64,000 bases of DNA from an uncultured Thermoplasmatales archaeon (GTDB lineage: Archaea; Thermoplasmatota; E2; DHVEG-1): NCBI GenBank assembly GCA_964618505.1, contig CAZUBH010000008.1, positions 15,257 to 79,256 on the forward strand. Reading direction: 5' to 3'. Positions 9,575-19,856 of the stretch are shown here, one piece after another; the first letter of the stretch is position 1, and each line of letters opens with the position of its first letter. Both the position numbers and the translations under genes were made by a program. The notes under the pieces were generated by a model. That model was not told where the DNA came from. It searched no databases and saw nothing but the letters and a program-made list of their open reading frames with translations.

Positions 9575-11380
9575 TTAAACTTTATGTCTTGTGGAAACTG
9601 CTTCGCCATAGTTTAGTTGAACCATTTCCTCTCCACTCATTTTTGCAACCCCAACGCCACATAATTTTTTATTGCTTATAATAATTACCTCATCTCCGAT
9701 TCTTATTTTTGAATCTGCTAATTTAACGCCAGGTGCAAAAACAGAGCCTTTCAACTCAAAATCATCATCGATTTCAACAAAATATTCATTTGATTTTTGA
9801 ATTTTTTTTGCCCCATTCAAAGTTAGAGACAATAACCCCCTGTCTTTTGTCAACATCGCTAGTTGATTTTCTTTTTCAAAAATTTTAAAGAAAGGATATT
9901 TTCCTCTAATTTGTGTATTTTTTAATAAACTTTTTGCTGGTTTTTTGCCAAATTGATAGGCAGCAAGTGCAAGTATATTTTCATATTGTCTTTGTTTATT
10001 GGAAATTTTTTCATAAGGCTCTACTTCTTTTTGTAATGTTTTATATAATCTGTCTAAAGAAGTTTTTGAGATAGGACTTTCCTTGCAAGTTATAATATAA
10101 CTGTCCAACAAATCTAAGATAAATTCCTGTATATTTTTTGGAAGATGAACAATTATTTTATCATATTTGTTTTCAGCTAAATATTTTTCAAGCAATGTTC
10201 TTATCATCTTTTTTTCATTTTCATACCATATGCCCGTAAGTATTGTATCATAATTTGAGGCAGGATATGTTAGTTCAAGTTCTCTTGGAACGATTCCGAT
10301 TGGTGATGTTATTATCATTTCATGAACAACATTTGAATTTTGCAAATATTGCAGTTTTTCTTTGAAAAATTTATGAGTTTTTGAAAATGAATACGGTTTT
10401 TTTGCTGAACAAGGAAGTAAAAGTAAAATTTTTGCAGAATCTGGTTTTATGTATCTATCTATTGCCCTTTTTTGAAATCTTATTATTTCGGGTCTATTAA
10501 GCGAATCATTTGATGTTGATAGAAGCTGGATTTTTTTTGTAACAGGGGTTGTTTTTTCAAAAAAATTGTAGTAATTATTATCTAAATTTTTAAGAATTGA
10601 TGCAAGTAAAGGAGAAACTCTAACTCTTGTTTCAACAAGATGTCGTAATTTTCTCTCGTAAATTGCATTTCTTACTAGTTTTAACTCCGAGTTTATGGAA
10701 TAATAATTATGATTAAGAATTTCTTCAAAACTCATTTCAGATGGCTCTTTAGTATTTAGGCAAGAAGGACAATTGCAAAAGTTTTCTTTTAACTGACTTG
10801 TTTTAACTTTTCCAGTGGGAAATAACAAATATTCATTTCTAGCTGCGACTGCTGCTGTAAGAGAGTCAAATAGATCAATACCCATATATGTTAGTACAGA
10901 GAAATTTGAAGGTTCTCCTACCACTGGCAGGTAAATAAGTTTATCGTAGCCGATTTTTACTCTTAATTTTACAATAAAATCTGCAAATTTTGTTGGTTGG
11001 TTAAATAACTGAAACGCATTATATACAATAAAAATTTTTGATTTTATATTAGAGATATCATCGATTATGTCTTTATTTGCAGGAATTAAAGAAAAATTTT
11101 CATCTAATTTTTCTCTTTTTTTAAGTGTTTTTAAATGCAGTTCTTTAGGCACATCTTTTGGGTATACAAAGGGGTGTTTCTCATCCAAAGCAAGTATTTT
11201 TTCAAAATTAAAATTGGACTTTTTCTGCGTTTTTTCATTTGAACAGGTTAATTCAGAAAATTCTGGTAATTTTATCCTTGAAGATTTTAGATATGATATA
11301 TTTGGTGTTACTATTTCTTTATCCAAAAACAGTTTCCCAATTCTAGCAAAACCATCTCTGTCTATTATTTTAAATTTCAT
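9575..11380 (-). CDS. tgtA: Archaeosine tRNA-guanine transglycosylase (arcTGT) with a C-terminal PUA domain.
   Basis: N-terminus FKIIDRDGFARIGKL, catalytic DLFDS, zinc site CNCPSC...H. The C-terminus is PUA-like (GVGVAKMSGEEMVQ). Confidence 0.75.
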   Translation of the reverse strand: MKFKIIDRDGFARIGKLFLDKEIVTPNISYLKSSRIKLPEFSELTCSNEKTQKKSNFNFEKILALDEKHPFVYPKDVPKELHLKTLKKREKLDENFSLIPANKDIIDDISNIKSKIFIVYNAFQLFNQPTKFADFIVKLRVKIGYDKLIYLPVVGEPSNFSVLTYMGIDLFDSLTAAVAARNEYLLFPTGKVKTSQLKENFCNCPSCLNTKEPSEMSFEEILNHNYYSINSELKLVRNAIYERKLRHLVETRVRVSPLLASILKNLDNNYYNFFEKTTPVTKKIQLLSTSNDSLNRPEIIRFQKRAIDRYIKPDSAKILLLLPCSAKKPYSFSKTHKFFKEKLQYLQNSNVVHEMIITSPIGIVPRELELTYPASNYDTILTGIWYENEKKMIRTLLEKYLAENKYDKIIVHLPKNIQEFILDLLDSYIITCKESPISKTSLDRLYKTLQKEVEPYEKISNKQRQYENILALAAYQFGKKPAKSLLKNTQIRGKYPFFKIFEKENQLAMLTKDRGLLSLTLNGAKKIQKSNEYFVEIDDDFELKGSVFAPGVKLADSKIRIGDEVIIISNKKLCGVGVAKMSGEEMVQLNYGEAVSTRHKV

Positions 11381-11414
11381 TTTTGTAGGTATATGTCGTG
11401 TTTGTTAAAGAATA

Positions 11415-12962
11415 TTAGTGTCTAAAGTAACGTTGACCTGAAAATACCATTGAAATCCCATGTTCGTTTGCTGCTTGAACCACTTCATTATCTCTTATAG
11501 ATCCACCTGGTTGAATAATTGCTTTAACACCTGATTTTGCAGCAACATCTACTGCGTCTCTAAACGGGAAGAAAGCATCACTTGCCATTGTTGAACCTTT
11601 TATGTTTTCTTTTCCTTTATGTGTTGCAATCCACGCAGCATCTACCCTAGACGTTTGTCCACCTCCAATGGCTACAGTTTTTGTGTCTTTTGCAAAAAGC
11701 ACGGAGTTTGATTTTACATGTTTCACGCATCTAACTGCAAACTCCATTGTATCAAGTTCATATTTGGTTGGTTTTTTTTCAGATACAACTTTCCAGTTTC
11801 TCCTATCGTTAAACCAGACATCTCTATCTTGAGCAAGATATCCTCCAACGACACTTCTGTAGCTTATCCCTTTTCTATCGATTTTTTTACCCAGGCCTTC
11901 TAGCCTTAAAAGTCTTAAATTTTTCTTTTTGGAAAATTTATCCAGAGCTTTTGTATTAAAACTTGGTGCAATAATTACTTCCAAAAAAAAGTCTGAAAGA
12001 ATTTCTGCAACATTTTCTCCTACTTCTCTGTTAAAAGCTACAATTCCGCCAAATGGTGAATCTTTATCCGTTTCAAATGCATCCTTCCATGCCTCTAAAA
12101 GCGTTTTTGCACTTGCTATGCCACAAGGCGTTGCATGTTTTACAATCACACAAGTTGGATAAGAAAATTCTTTTATACATTCAATTGCGCAATCTGAATC
12201 TAAAATGTTGTTAAATGAAAGCTCTTTTCCTTGCAGCTGCTTGGCATTTGATATGCAAGGTTCGTTTATCTCTGGAATTGCCTGGTAAAATGCGCCTTTT
12301 AAATGAGGGTTTTCGCCATATCGCATATCCTGTATTTTCCTCATAGTAATTGTTAAATTTCTACAAAGAATTTCATCTGTCCAAGTGTTTATCAGATAAG
12401 AAGATATGATTGCATCATATTGGGCAGTATGTGTGTATGCTTCTACTGCTAATTTTTTCCTTGTTTTTAGATTAATTTTATTATTTGTTTTTAGTTCATC
12501 AATTATTTCAACATATTGGTTTGGATTTGTTATTACAACAACATCTTTGTAATTTTTTGCAGCTGCTCTAATTAAAGTCGGTCCGCCAATATCAATATTT
12601 TCTATCACTTCTTCAATTGTTACATTTTTTTTCTTTATTGTTTCTTCAAATGGATATAAATTACAAACAACAAAATCTATCGTTTTAATGTCATGTTTTT
12701 TTATCGTTTCAACATGAACTTTCACATCACGTCTCGCAAGTATTCCTGCGTGAATAATTGGATGAAGAGTTTTTACTCTTCCATCAAGCATTTCAGGAAA
12801 ACCTGTTATTTCAGATACTTCTCTGATTTTTATCCCCGAATCTTTTAAAATGCTTGCAGTTCCGCCTGTAGATATTATATTTATTCCTTGTTTTTTTAAT
12901 TCATTAGTAAAATTTACAATATCTTTTTTGTCAAAAACACTAATTAGAGCATTACCATTCAT
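11415..12962 (-). CDS. purH: Bifunctional AICAR transformylase / IMP cyclohydrolase PurH.
   Basis: MGS-like N-terminal domain (ALISVFDKKDI...STGGTA...GRVKTLHP) followed by an AICARFT domain. The 515-aa length is typical. Confidence 0.85.
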   Translation of the reverse strand: MNGNALISVFDKKDIVNFTNELKKQGINIISTGGTASILKDSGIKIREVSEITGFPEMLDGRVKTLHPIIHAGILARRDVKVHVETIKKHDIKTIDFVVCNLYPFEETIKKKNVTIEEVIENIDIGGPTLIRAAAKNYKDVVVITNPNQYVEIIDELKTNNKINLKTRKKLAVEAYTHTAQYDAIISSYLINTWTDEILCRNLTITMRKIQDMRYGENPHLKGAFYQAIPEINEPCISNAKQLQGKELSFNNILDSDCAIECIKEFSYPTCVIVKHATPCGIASAKTLLEAWKDAFETDKDSPFGGIVAFNREVGENVAEILSDFFLEVIIAPSFNTKALDKFSKKKNLRLLRLEGLGKKIDRKGISYRSVVGGYLAQDRDVWFNDRRNWKVVSEKKPTKYELDTMEFAVRCVKHVKSNSVLFAKDTKTVAIGGGQTSRVDAAWIATHKGKENIKGSTMASDAFFPFRDAVDVAAKSGVKAIIQPGGSIRDNEVVQAANEHGISMVFSGQRYFRH

Positions 12963-13069
12963 TACTCTTACCTAGTAGGCATAGGTAAACAGGTCATAAA
13001 CGTTTGGGTTTTTGTCTTTAAATTATTAATCAAAAAACACTTAAACACATCAATATTTAAAATCATCAT

Positions 13070-13840
13070 ATGAGTCTTATATTATTTGAAAAAAAAGGGA
13101 AAATAGGTTTTATTACTTTAAACAATCCAAAACAACGAAACGCTCTTTCTTTAGATTTGATGAATGAAATGAAAGAAAAGTTAGATACTATTTCAGAAAA
13201 TAAAGATATAAGTGTTGTGATAATAAGGGGAAATGGCCCTTCATTTTGTGCAGGCCATGATATTAATGAACTAATTGGAAAAGATTATGATCATTTTAAA
13301 AATATTTTTTCAACCTGCTCTAGTTTAATGCTAACAATCCGAGATATGTCTCAAGTTGTAATTGCACAGGTCCATGGTGCAGCACTTGCTGCAGGATGTC
13401 AGCTTGTTGCTGCATGCGATCTTGCCATAGCCGAAAGTAAATCTAAGTTTTCTACACCGGGATTAAAAATTGGTCTTTTCTGTTCTACACCAATGATCCC
13501 TTTATCAAGACTAATTGGGAGAAGAAACGCACTTGATATGCTTTTTACTGCTCGCTTTATTTCAGCGCAAGAAGCAGAAAAATTTGGACTTGTAAATAAA
13601 GTGATAGATTCTAAAAACCTTTCATATGAAACAGAAAAATTAGCAAACGACATATCAAAATTTAGCAGTTTTATTATAGGATACGGGAAAAAAGCCTTTT
13701 ATCGCCAGATAGAACTTGATGAAAGATCAGCCTATGAGTATGCAAAAGAAGTAATGGCCCAAAACTGTCTTTTCATAGATGCCCAAGAAGGAATGAATGC
13801 ATTTTTAGAAAAGTGCAAACCTGAGTGGAAAAATTGCTAA
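13070..13840 (+). CDS. Enoyl-CoA hydratase/isomerase (crotonase) family protein.
   Basis: Crotonase-fold motifs: ITLNNPKQRNAL, FCAGHDINEL, GAALAAGCQLVAACD. Confidence 0.75.
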   Translation: MSLILFEKKGKIGFITLNNPKQRNALSLDLMNEMKEKLDTISENKDISVVIIRGNGPSFCAGHDINELIGKDYDHFKNIFSTCSSLMLTIRDMSQVVIAQVHGAALAAGCQLVAACDLAIAESKSKFSTPGLKIGLFCSTPMIPLSRLIGRRNALDMLFTARFISAQEAEKFGLVNKVIDSKNLSYETEKLANDISKFSSFIIGYGKKAFYRQIELDERSAYEYAKEVMAQNCLFIDAQEGMNAFLEKCKPEWKNC

Positions 13841-13841
13841 A

Positions 13842-15008
13842 TCATTTTTTATAAATTAACAAATTCAATATTAAAATTAAAGCAGATAAAAACAATATCA
13901 TGGATATGCCTATAAAAGGGATTTTGAAATTATATCTGTCTGCAAGAAATCCAATTATAACTGATGATGGACTTGCAAGAAGAATTAAATTAGATCTGTA
14001 AAATCCCAGTTTTCCAGCTCTTCCCTTTTCCTCAAATTGATCCATAAGATATGAAGATATTACTGGAAATATTGCTGTTGCAAAAGAAGGAATAAAGCTT
14101 ATTAATAAAATAAGGGCTAATGACTCAATATTTACAATTATAAGAGTTCCAATTGCGGTTGTAATTGAAAGTAAAATGATTATTATTTTCTTGTTGTATT
14201 TATCAGAAAAAGATCCAATAATTGGCTTGAATAAAAATCCACCAACACCTAGAATTCCTAGAGCTATTGCTGCTTGTATCTCAGTAAATCCTTTTTCAAC
14301 AACTAAAAAAGCTGGATAAAATGACATGTAGCTTATCCAAGTTATTGCAATTAATAAATTTATAAAAAACATTAATTGAATATTTTTTAATTTGAATATT
14401 TTAACCCCATCAATTAATCTTTCTTTAACAGAAACTTTGTCGGGTAGTGTTGTAGATTCTGAAGTGAATCTATAAAAAAGATAAATACTAAACCCGCAAA
14501 TTCCGACCCATAAGAAAAAAAACACTCTCCAATTGAAAATGCTTGCAATAACTGCAGCAGATATAGGAACAAGATATGCAATTGAACCCGCACTATCTCT
14601 TATACCAAGTGCCTTTCCTCTTTTTTGTTTGAAAATATCTGTGATCATTGATATTCCGACGGATGGATAGCCCCCGGTTCCTAAACCAAGAAGTATTAAT
14701 GCTAAAAAAAACATTGCATAATCAATTGATAAACCTACAAAAAGATACGATATGGAAAAAATCATCATAAATGCAATTATTGTTACTTTCCGTCCTTTTA
14801 TATCTGAATATATGCCTGATGGAAACTGAGTTATTGCATATACTAACCACATTGCAGTTAATGCAAATCCTGCATCAGTCCAATTGACATTTAAATCGAC
14901 TACAATTTTAGGTAAAAGATTTGAAATACTGTATCTTCCTGCAAGAACCAAAAACCAGGCAAGTGAAATGCAAAATAACGCTTTTGATTCTTTTGTAAAT
15001 TTTTTCAT
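13842..15008 (-). CDS. MFS-type transporter with about 12 TM segments.
   Basis: Hydrophobic across its 388 aa. Contains MFS-like loop motifs (GIYSDIKGRKV, GRAGKLG). Confidence 0.65.
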   Translation of the reverse strand: MKKFTKESKALFCISLAWFLVLAGRYSISNLLPKIVVDLNVNWTDAGFALTAMWLVYAITQFPSGIYSDIKGRKVTIIAFMMIFSISYLFVGLSIDYAMFFLALILLGLGTGGYPSVGISMITDIFKQKRGKALGIRDSAGSIAYLVPISAAVIASIFNWRVFFFLWVGICGFSIYLFYRFTSESTTLPDKVSVKERLIDGVKIFKLKNIQLMFFINLLIAITWISYMSFYPAFLVVEKGFTEIQAAIALGILGVGGFLFKPIIGSFSDKYNKKIIIILLSITTAIGTLIIVNIESLALILLISFIPSFATAIFPVISSYLMDQFEEKGRAGKLGFYRSNLILLASPSSVIIGFLADRYNFKIPFIGISMILFLSALILILNLLIYKK

Positions 15009-15076
15009 GAATTGTTTGTGTCTGAATTGATCACATTATATAGATTTTTGGATTATTTTTTACTGTAATTTGCATA

Positions 15077-16060
15077 TTAACAATTATTTATTGTCCAAAT
15101 CCAATATTCTTCAGGTTTTTGCTTAAATAACCTCATGCACTTTTCAACTGATGTACAGTTGAAAGGTCCTGGGCTTTCAATAGTAGGTTCAAAACATAGG
15201 CCTGCCCAACCAGCTGTTTTACCAGAATATGTTCCTAGATCAAATATTAATCTAGACTCATTTTTACTTAGTGTTGATTTTTCAATTAATTCTAAAAATC
15301 CTTGAGTTTTCCAAACATTGTCATATTCTGATTCGTCAATCGTACCGTTGTTAGAAAAATGATCTTTTATAATTTGTTCTGCTTGTCTACCTAAAAATGT
15401 AAAACCTTTGTAATTGTTAAAAAAACTACCATCTATAAATGGATGCACATCATTCAAATATCTTTGTAAGATATCCCTTTGCTGCTCATCTGTAGAGTAA
15501 ATATTTCCTATAAAATATTGGTCTTCAATAAGTCCTGTTTCTGCCCAATTTCCTCCTGAAAAAGTATGTACATCGTTAAATATAATATACTTTATCGAGG
15601 AATAATTTTCTCTTGTCTTATTCGCAATATTTTTAAATGTGTTGATCACTCTGGCATTCCTTTCATTATCTGGTGTCATCAATGGAAAGAATGAAGATAC
15701 ACAATCAAATCCTGAATAATTTATCATTTCTGATTCAAAGCCAGATTGTGTTGGTTGAACACACAATATTCCATTGTATTTTTGTTTAAGATGTGGTAAA
15801 ACTTCTTGTAACCAAACAGACGTTTCAGAAATATTTTGTTGCATTCCATCTACTTCATTATAAACTGCATAAAACTTTGTATTTAATGATTCAGCCTCTT
15901 CTGCCCAGATATACAGTATATCTTTTAGCTTATATAGAGAAACATCGTTATTTCCCCAATGCATTGTATTTGGAACTAGATGTACATTAAATCCAGCATC
16001 TTCGAATAGTTTAATATAGAATTTAAAGAGATTACTGCCAATAACTGTAGGTTTGTCCAA
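15077..16060 (-). CDS. C-terminal (catalytic) part of a TIM-barrel glycoside-hydrolase-like protein. The reading frame stays open upstream to 16276 with no ATG/GTG start, so it probably continues from the lipoprotein ORF 16209..16535 through a frameshift.
   Basis: The upstream in-frame extension reads ...KLKEIGINTVSFGPD. Motifs FNVHLVP and VYNEVDG resemble clan GH-A strand motifs. The annotated start is TTG. Confidence 0.4.
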   Translation of the reverse strand: MDKPTVIGSNLFKFYIKLFEDAGFNVHLVPNTMHWGNNDVSLYKLKDILYIWAEEAESLNTKFYAVYNEVDGMQQNISETSVWLQEVLPHLKQKYNGILCVQPTQSGFESEMINYSGFDCVSSFFPLMTPDNERNARVINTFKNIANKTRENYSSIKYIIFNDVHTFSGGNWAETGLIEDQYFIGNIYSTDEQQRDILQRYLNDVHPFIDGSFFNNYKGFTFLGRQAEQIIKDHFSNNGTIDESEYDNVWKTQGFLELIEKSTLSKNESRLIFDLGTYSGKTAGWAGLCFEPTIESPGPFNCTSVEKCMRLFKQKPEEYWIWTINNC

Positions 16061-16208
16061 ATGTTTAGTGTCTATATCGGGCCCAAATGATACTGTGTTT
16101 ATACCAATTTCTTTTAATTTAGTAATATTTTTTACAGCTTCTCTTACTGCACATATAGTTGGAAGCCAAATCCCATTGACTTTTTCAACTTCTATCTGAT
16201 TTGAAGTA

Positions 16209-16535
16209 TTAAAGTGACAAATATATTGATTGGATCCAGTCCATACACTCGCAAGAAAGATTTTCAGAACAATATTCTATACACGATCTAAGAGTTGTAG
16301 TATTGCCTGGACCTCTTTTTTCCTCAGATATATTTAAAGGACTTTCAAATTTAAACGATATATTGTAATTATCCGATCCAGGCTTTTGAATTATGCAATC
16401 TACCACTTCAGTTTTACTAGGGATATTTTGATTAGCATCTTTTATTTTTTCTTCTGTACAACCACTTGATAAAATTAAAAGTCCTAATAAAATAATAATT
16501 AGAAACATTATCGGTTTATTTGCCTCACCCATCAC
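16209..16535 (-). CDS. Signal peptide plus lipobox N-terminal fragment; probably the 5' part of the frameshifted hydrolase gene above.
   Basis: MMGEANKPIMFLIIILLGLLILSSGC is a signal peptide ending in the lipobox LSSGC. The ORF ends in a different frame that overlaps the open frame of 15077..16276 by about 69 nt. Confidence 0.4.
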   Translation of the reverse strand: MMGEANKPIMFLIIILLGLLILSSGCTEEKIKDANQNIPSKTEVVDCIIQKPGSDNYNISFKFESPLNISEEKRGPGNTTTLRSCIEYCSENLSCECMDWIQSIYLSL

Positions 16536-16582
16536 AATTAGGTATTGTTTTTGTAATATTTAATTTTCATTATCTTTGAATA

Positions 16583-17143
16583 TTAAAAATTTACTTCAAC
16601 AAATCTTTTATCTTCTTGAGATGCCTTAAAAAGGTTAATTTTTTCAAGGTGCATTAATCTTGCAATAATTAAATCCGGAAATGATTGTATTCGTATGTTG
16701 AAGATATTTACACTATCATTATAAAATTCTCTTCTGTCTGAAAGTTCATTTTCAAGTCCAGTAATCCTGTTTTGAAGCTTTAGAAAATTATCTCTTGCTT
16801 TCAAATCAGGATAATCTTCAGCAACTGCAAAAACTGTTTTTAATAAATCTGTAATCAAACCATCAACAGCTGCTTTTCTTGATAAAGACTCAACTTGAGG
16901 AAGTGCACTTCTTGCTTTTGTTAAAGATTCTAAAGTCTTTTTCTCATGCTTCATATAACCTTTGACAGTGTTTACTAGATTTGGTATTTCATTGGACCTT
17001 TGTTTTAGGAGAACATCGATATTTGCCCATGATTTATCTATATTGTTTCTTAACCTAATCAATCCATTATATATGACTATTATAGAAACAAAAAATGCTA
17101 TCAATATAAGAATCAATCCTGCAGCTATAATTATTCCAATCAT
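16583..17143 (-). CDS. lemA: LemA family protein.
   Basis: N-terminal TM segment followed by the conserved LemA core (YNGLIRLRNNIDKSWANIDVLLKQR...). Confidence 0.8.
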   Translation of the reverse strand: MIGIIIAAGLILILIAFFVSIIVIYNGLIRLRNNIDKSWANIDVLLKQRSNEIPNLVNTVKGYMKHEKKTLESLTKARSALPQVESLSRKAAVDGLITDLLKTVFAVAEDYPDLKARDNFLKLQNRITGLENELSDRREFYNDSVNIFNIRIQSFPDLIIARLMHLEKINLFKASQEDKRFVEVNF

Positions 17144-17155
17144 TTCAAATTCTCC

Positions 17156-17899
17156 TCATAAAACTAAAAATATTAAACCAATTATTATGAAAATTGAACC
17201 AAGTATCAACCCAAAGAAAGCCTTGCCTGCAAATGATCTTAAAACACCACTTTCTTTTTTATCTGATATGTAATAAAATTTTTCATGATTGCCTTTTTTA
17301 ATCATAACATCCTCAACACCTTTTTTTACAGATGCCTCTTCAACATATGGATTATCTGTAGCATTTCCAATAATATAGATTTTGTCACCAGTTGCAATGT
17401 GCCATTCTGAGTATCTCATAGTTTTGTTTATCCCAAAAAATCCTTCATATTTAACCCCAACTGATTCTAAAAACGGCTTTGCCGATTCCAAAGGATCATT
17501 CCCAAGACTTGACCTAAAAAAACCATCTTTTGAAAGTTCAATTTTAGCATCTTTCGGATTAACAAGAACTTGCCCCGTTTCATCTTTTAAGTAAAACAAT
17601 TGACTTTCCTCGCCTTTTTTTATAGTGGCCCAGTGGCTGTTTTTACCCGAACTTCTATATTCTTCAATCTTATATTTGTAATAAACACAAGGTTTTTGAA
17701 AAAAAGGACTTTTTAAAACACAATCTTTTTTTGCTACGACTTCCCCATATATTTCTACAAGACCCATAGCAATAGAACGAATTTTTGATGTAGGAATGTT
17801 TTCAATTAATCTTTTCCTTCTGAAAGAAATAACTCCCCAAATAAATAATCCAATCCCAATTGAAAGAAAGATTATTGAGAATATAATAGTCCCTATCAT
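17156..17899 (-). CDS. GIDE-domain membrane protein (the usual LemA partner) with N- and C-terminal TM segments.
   Basis: TM segments at both ends and a central soluble domain (IYGEVVAKKD...CVYYKYKIEEY). It lies directly downstream of lemA, the usual arrangement for this pair. Confidence 0.55.
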   Translation of the reverse strand: MIGTIIFSIIFLSIGIGLFIWGVISFRRKRLIENIPTSKIRSIAMGLVEIYGEVVAKKDCVLKSPFFQKPCVYYKYKIEEYRSSGKNSHWATIKKGEESQLFYLKDETGQVLVNPKDAKIELSKDGFFRSSLGNDPLESAKPFLESVGVKYEGFFGINKTMRYSEWHIATGDKIYIIGNATDNPYVEEASVKKGVEDVMIKKGNHEKFYYISDKKESGVLRSFAGKAFFGLILGSIFIIIGLIFLVL

Positions 17900-17988
17900 A
17901 AAACTTGATTGTTTTAAGATTTTAAAATCTTTTTAAAAATTATTAAATATAGATTCATATTGCATTGAAAGTAAGGGGTAAAATTTGT

Positions 17989-18705
17989 ATGAAAAAAATT
18001 TTGCTATTAATCAGTAATTCAACTCTTCATGGTCAAGGCTATCTAGATCATTGTGAAAATGAAATTAAAAAAATTCTAAATGAAAAAATTAAGAAAGTTC
18101 TTTTTATACCATATGCAAGACCTAGCGGAATATCTCATGAAGATTACACAAATATTGCCAGGAAAAAATTCAAAGACATGGGATATAAATTAAACAGCAT
18201 TCATGAATTTAATGATCCAACAAAAGCTGTCAAAGAAGCCGAAGCATTGTTTATTGGCGGCGGTAATACATTTGTTTTATTAAAAAGCCTATATGATTCA
18301 AAAATTATAGATATTATTAGAAAACGAGTAATGGGAGGAATGCCATATATTGGTACAAGTGCTGGATCCAATGTTGCTTGTAAGACCATTAAGACCACAA
18401 ATGATATGCCTATAATTTATCCTCCTAGTTTTGATGCATTAAATCTTGTTAATTTTAATATCAATCCTCATTATATCGATCCAGATAAAAATAGCAAACA
18501 TATGGGTGAAACTAGAGAAACAAGAATTAAAGAGTTTCATTTTTACAACAGTGAATATGTTGTAGCCCTTCGTGAGGGATCGATGATTCATATAAAAAAT
18601 AATAAAATAATTTTAAAAGGTTCAACAGGAGCTAGGATTTTTCAAAAGGATGGAGAACCAAAGGAATACAATCCAGGAGACTTATTGAATCTCATTTCAA
18701 AATAA
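17989..18705 (+). CDS. pepE: Dipeptidase E (peptidase S51, alpha-aspartyl dipeptidase).
   Basis: MKKILLLISNSTL, GGGNTF and GTSAGS (catalytic Ser) motifs. An AAGGGG ribosome-binding site precedes the ATG at 17989; the ORF track began 8 codons earlier. Confidence 0.75.
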   Translation: MKKILLLISNSTLHGQGYLDHCENEIKKILNEKIKKVLFIPYARPSGISHEDYTNIARKKFKDMGYKLNSIHEFNDPTKAVKEAEALFIGGGNTFVLLKSLYDSKIIDIIRKRVMGGMPYIGTSAGSNVACKTIKTTNDMPIIYPPSFDALNLVNFNINPHYIDPDKNSKHMGETRETRIKEFHFYNSEYVVALREGSMIHIKNNKIILKGSTGARIFQKDGEPKEYNPGDLLNLISK

Positions 18706-18845
18706 AAATTGATATGGATATATCGGATGAAAATTTTTAAAAATTGGCTAATTAAGATATGTAATATATGCTAAAACTCAATGTTTCAAGGCCTATACAA
18801 TATATTAATATATAAAGACGTCTATGTAAAAAGGGGAAAAATAAA

Positions 18846-19856
18846 TTGAGAAAAATATTAGGTTTTTTAATTTTTATGATGCTATTGGTTACATTTTTGT
18901 CTACTACCAACGCTATTGAAAAAAACGAAGATAAAATGACTATCTCTCTTCAGCCAATGCCATTGTATTTTGGAGTAAAAATTGTTATTAAAAACACAGG
19001 AAATAACACGATTAGCGATATTGATTGGGGTTTAAAAACTGAAGGCGGAATTTTTCTTAGAGGAGGACTAGCAAATGGAAGTTGTGAGAGATTAAAACCA
19101 GACGAAGAATTAATTATTAGCTTTAATCCATTTTTTGGACAAAATAAGGGCCCTAGAGGCTTTGGGCAAATAGAAATGGAGGCAACTGCAAACTCCTCAG
19201 GAATTGAAGAAGTTAGGACAACAGCCGAAGCATTTCAACTTGCCTTTTTAACCATTTTTAACTCTGATGAGGGAGACACAGTTAAATATAAAGTTACTTT
19301 TGATTCAATATGGAGTAAAGAAAATCATCCTGATGACTTTCCTGGCAATCCACACTTTTCTGGATTAATTGGAGCCTCTCATAATGAAAATGTGACCTTT
19401 TGGGAAACTGGGGAATTAGCTTCAGAAGGGATTAAAAATATGGCAGAAACTGGAAGTAAACAACCACTTGATAGTGAGATTCAACAGGCGATCGATCAAG
19501 GAACTGCGTTTAAATTATTATCTGGAGATGGGCTTCCTATATCACCCGGTTCTGTTAATCTCACTTTTAAGGTGAAGCAAAGTCATCCTTTAGTAACTCT
19601 TGTAACTATGATTGCTCCAAGTCCTGATTGGTTTGTTGGTGTAAACAGCTTAAATCTCTATGAAAACGCTTCTTTTCTTGATGAAAAAATTGTAGTATTA
19701 TATGCTTATGATTCAGGAACTGATAGTGGAGAAAGTTATGAATCTCCTGACGATCCCACTAATCCACCAGTACCAATATTCAAAATTGAAGGATATCCGT
19801 TTTTCTATGAAGACGAACTAGTTTATTTAGGTACATTGACATTTACAAAGATTTAA
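18846..19856 (+). CDS. Secreted protein with an N-terminal about-110-aa domain (paralogous to that of 22186..22992) followed by a Spondin_N-like domain.
   Basis: Signal peptide. PRGFGQIEM matches PRGFGRVYM in 22992..22186. The spondin-like region reads HFSGLIGASHN...SPDWFVGV. TTG start preceded by AAGGGG. Confidence 0.5.
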   Translation: MRKILGFLIFMMLLVTFLSTTNAIEKNEDKMTISLQPMPLYFGVKIVIKNTGNNTISDIDWGLKTEGGIFLRGGLANGSCERLKPDEELIISFNPFFGQNKGPRGFGQIEMEATANSSGIEEVRTTAEAFQLAFLTIFNSDEGDTVKYKVTFDSIWSKENHPDDFPGNPHFSGLIGASHNENVTFWETGELASEGIKNMAETGSKQPLDSEIQQAIDQGTAFKLLSGDGLPISPGSVNLTFKVKQSHPLVTLVTMIAPSPDWFVGVNSLNLYENASFLDEKIVVLYAYDSGTDSGESYESPDDPTNPPVPIFKIEGYPFFYEDELVYLGTLTFTKI

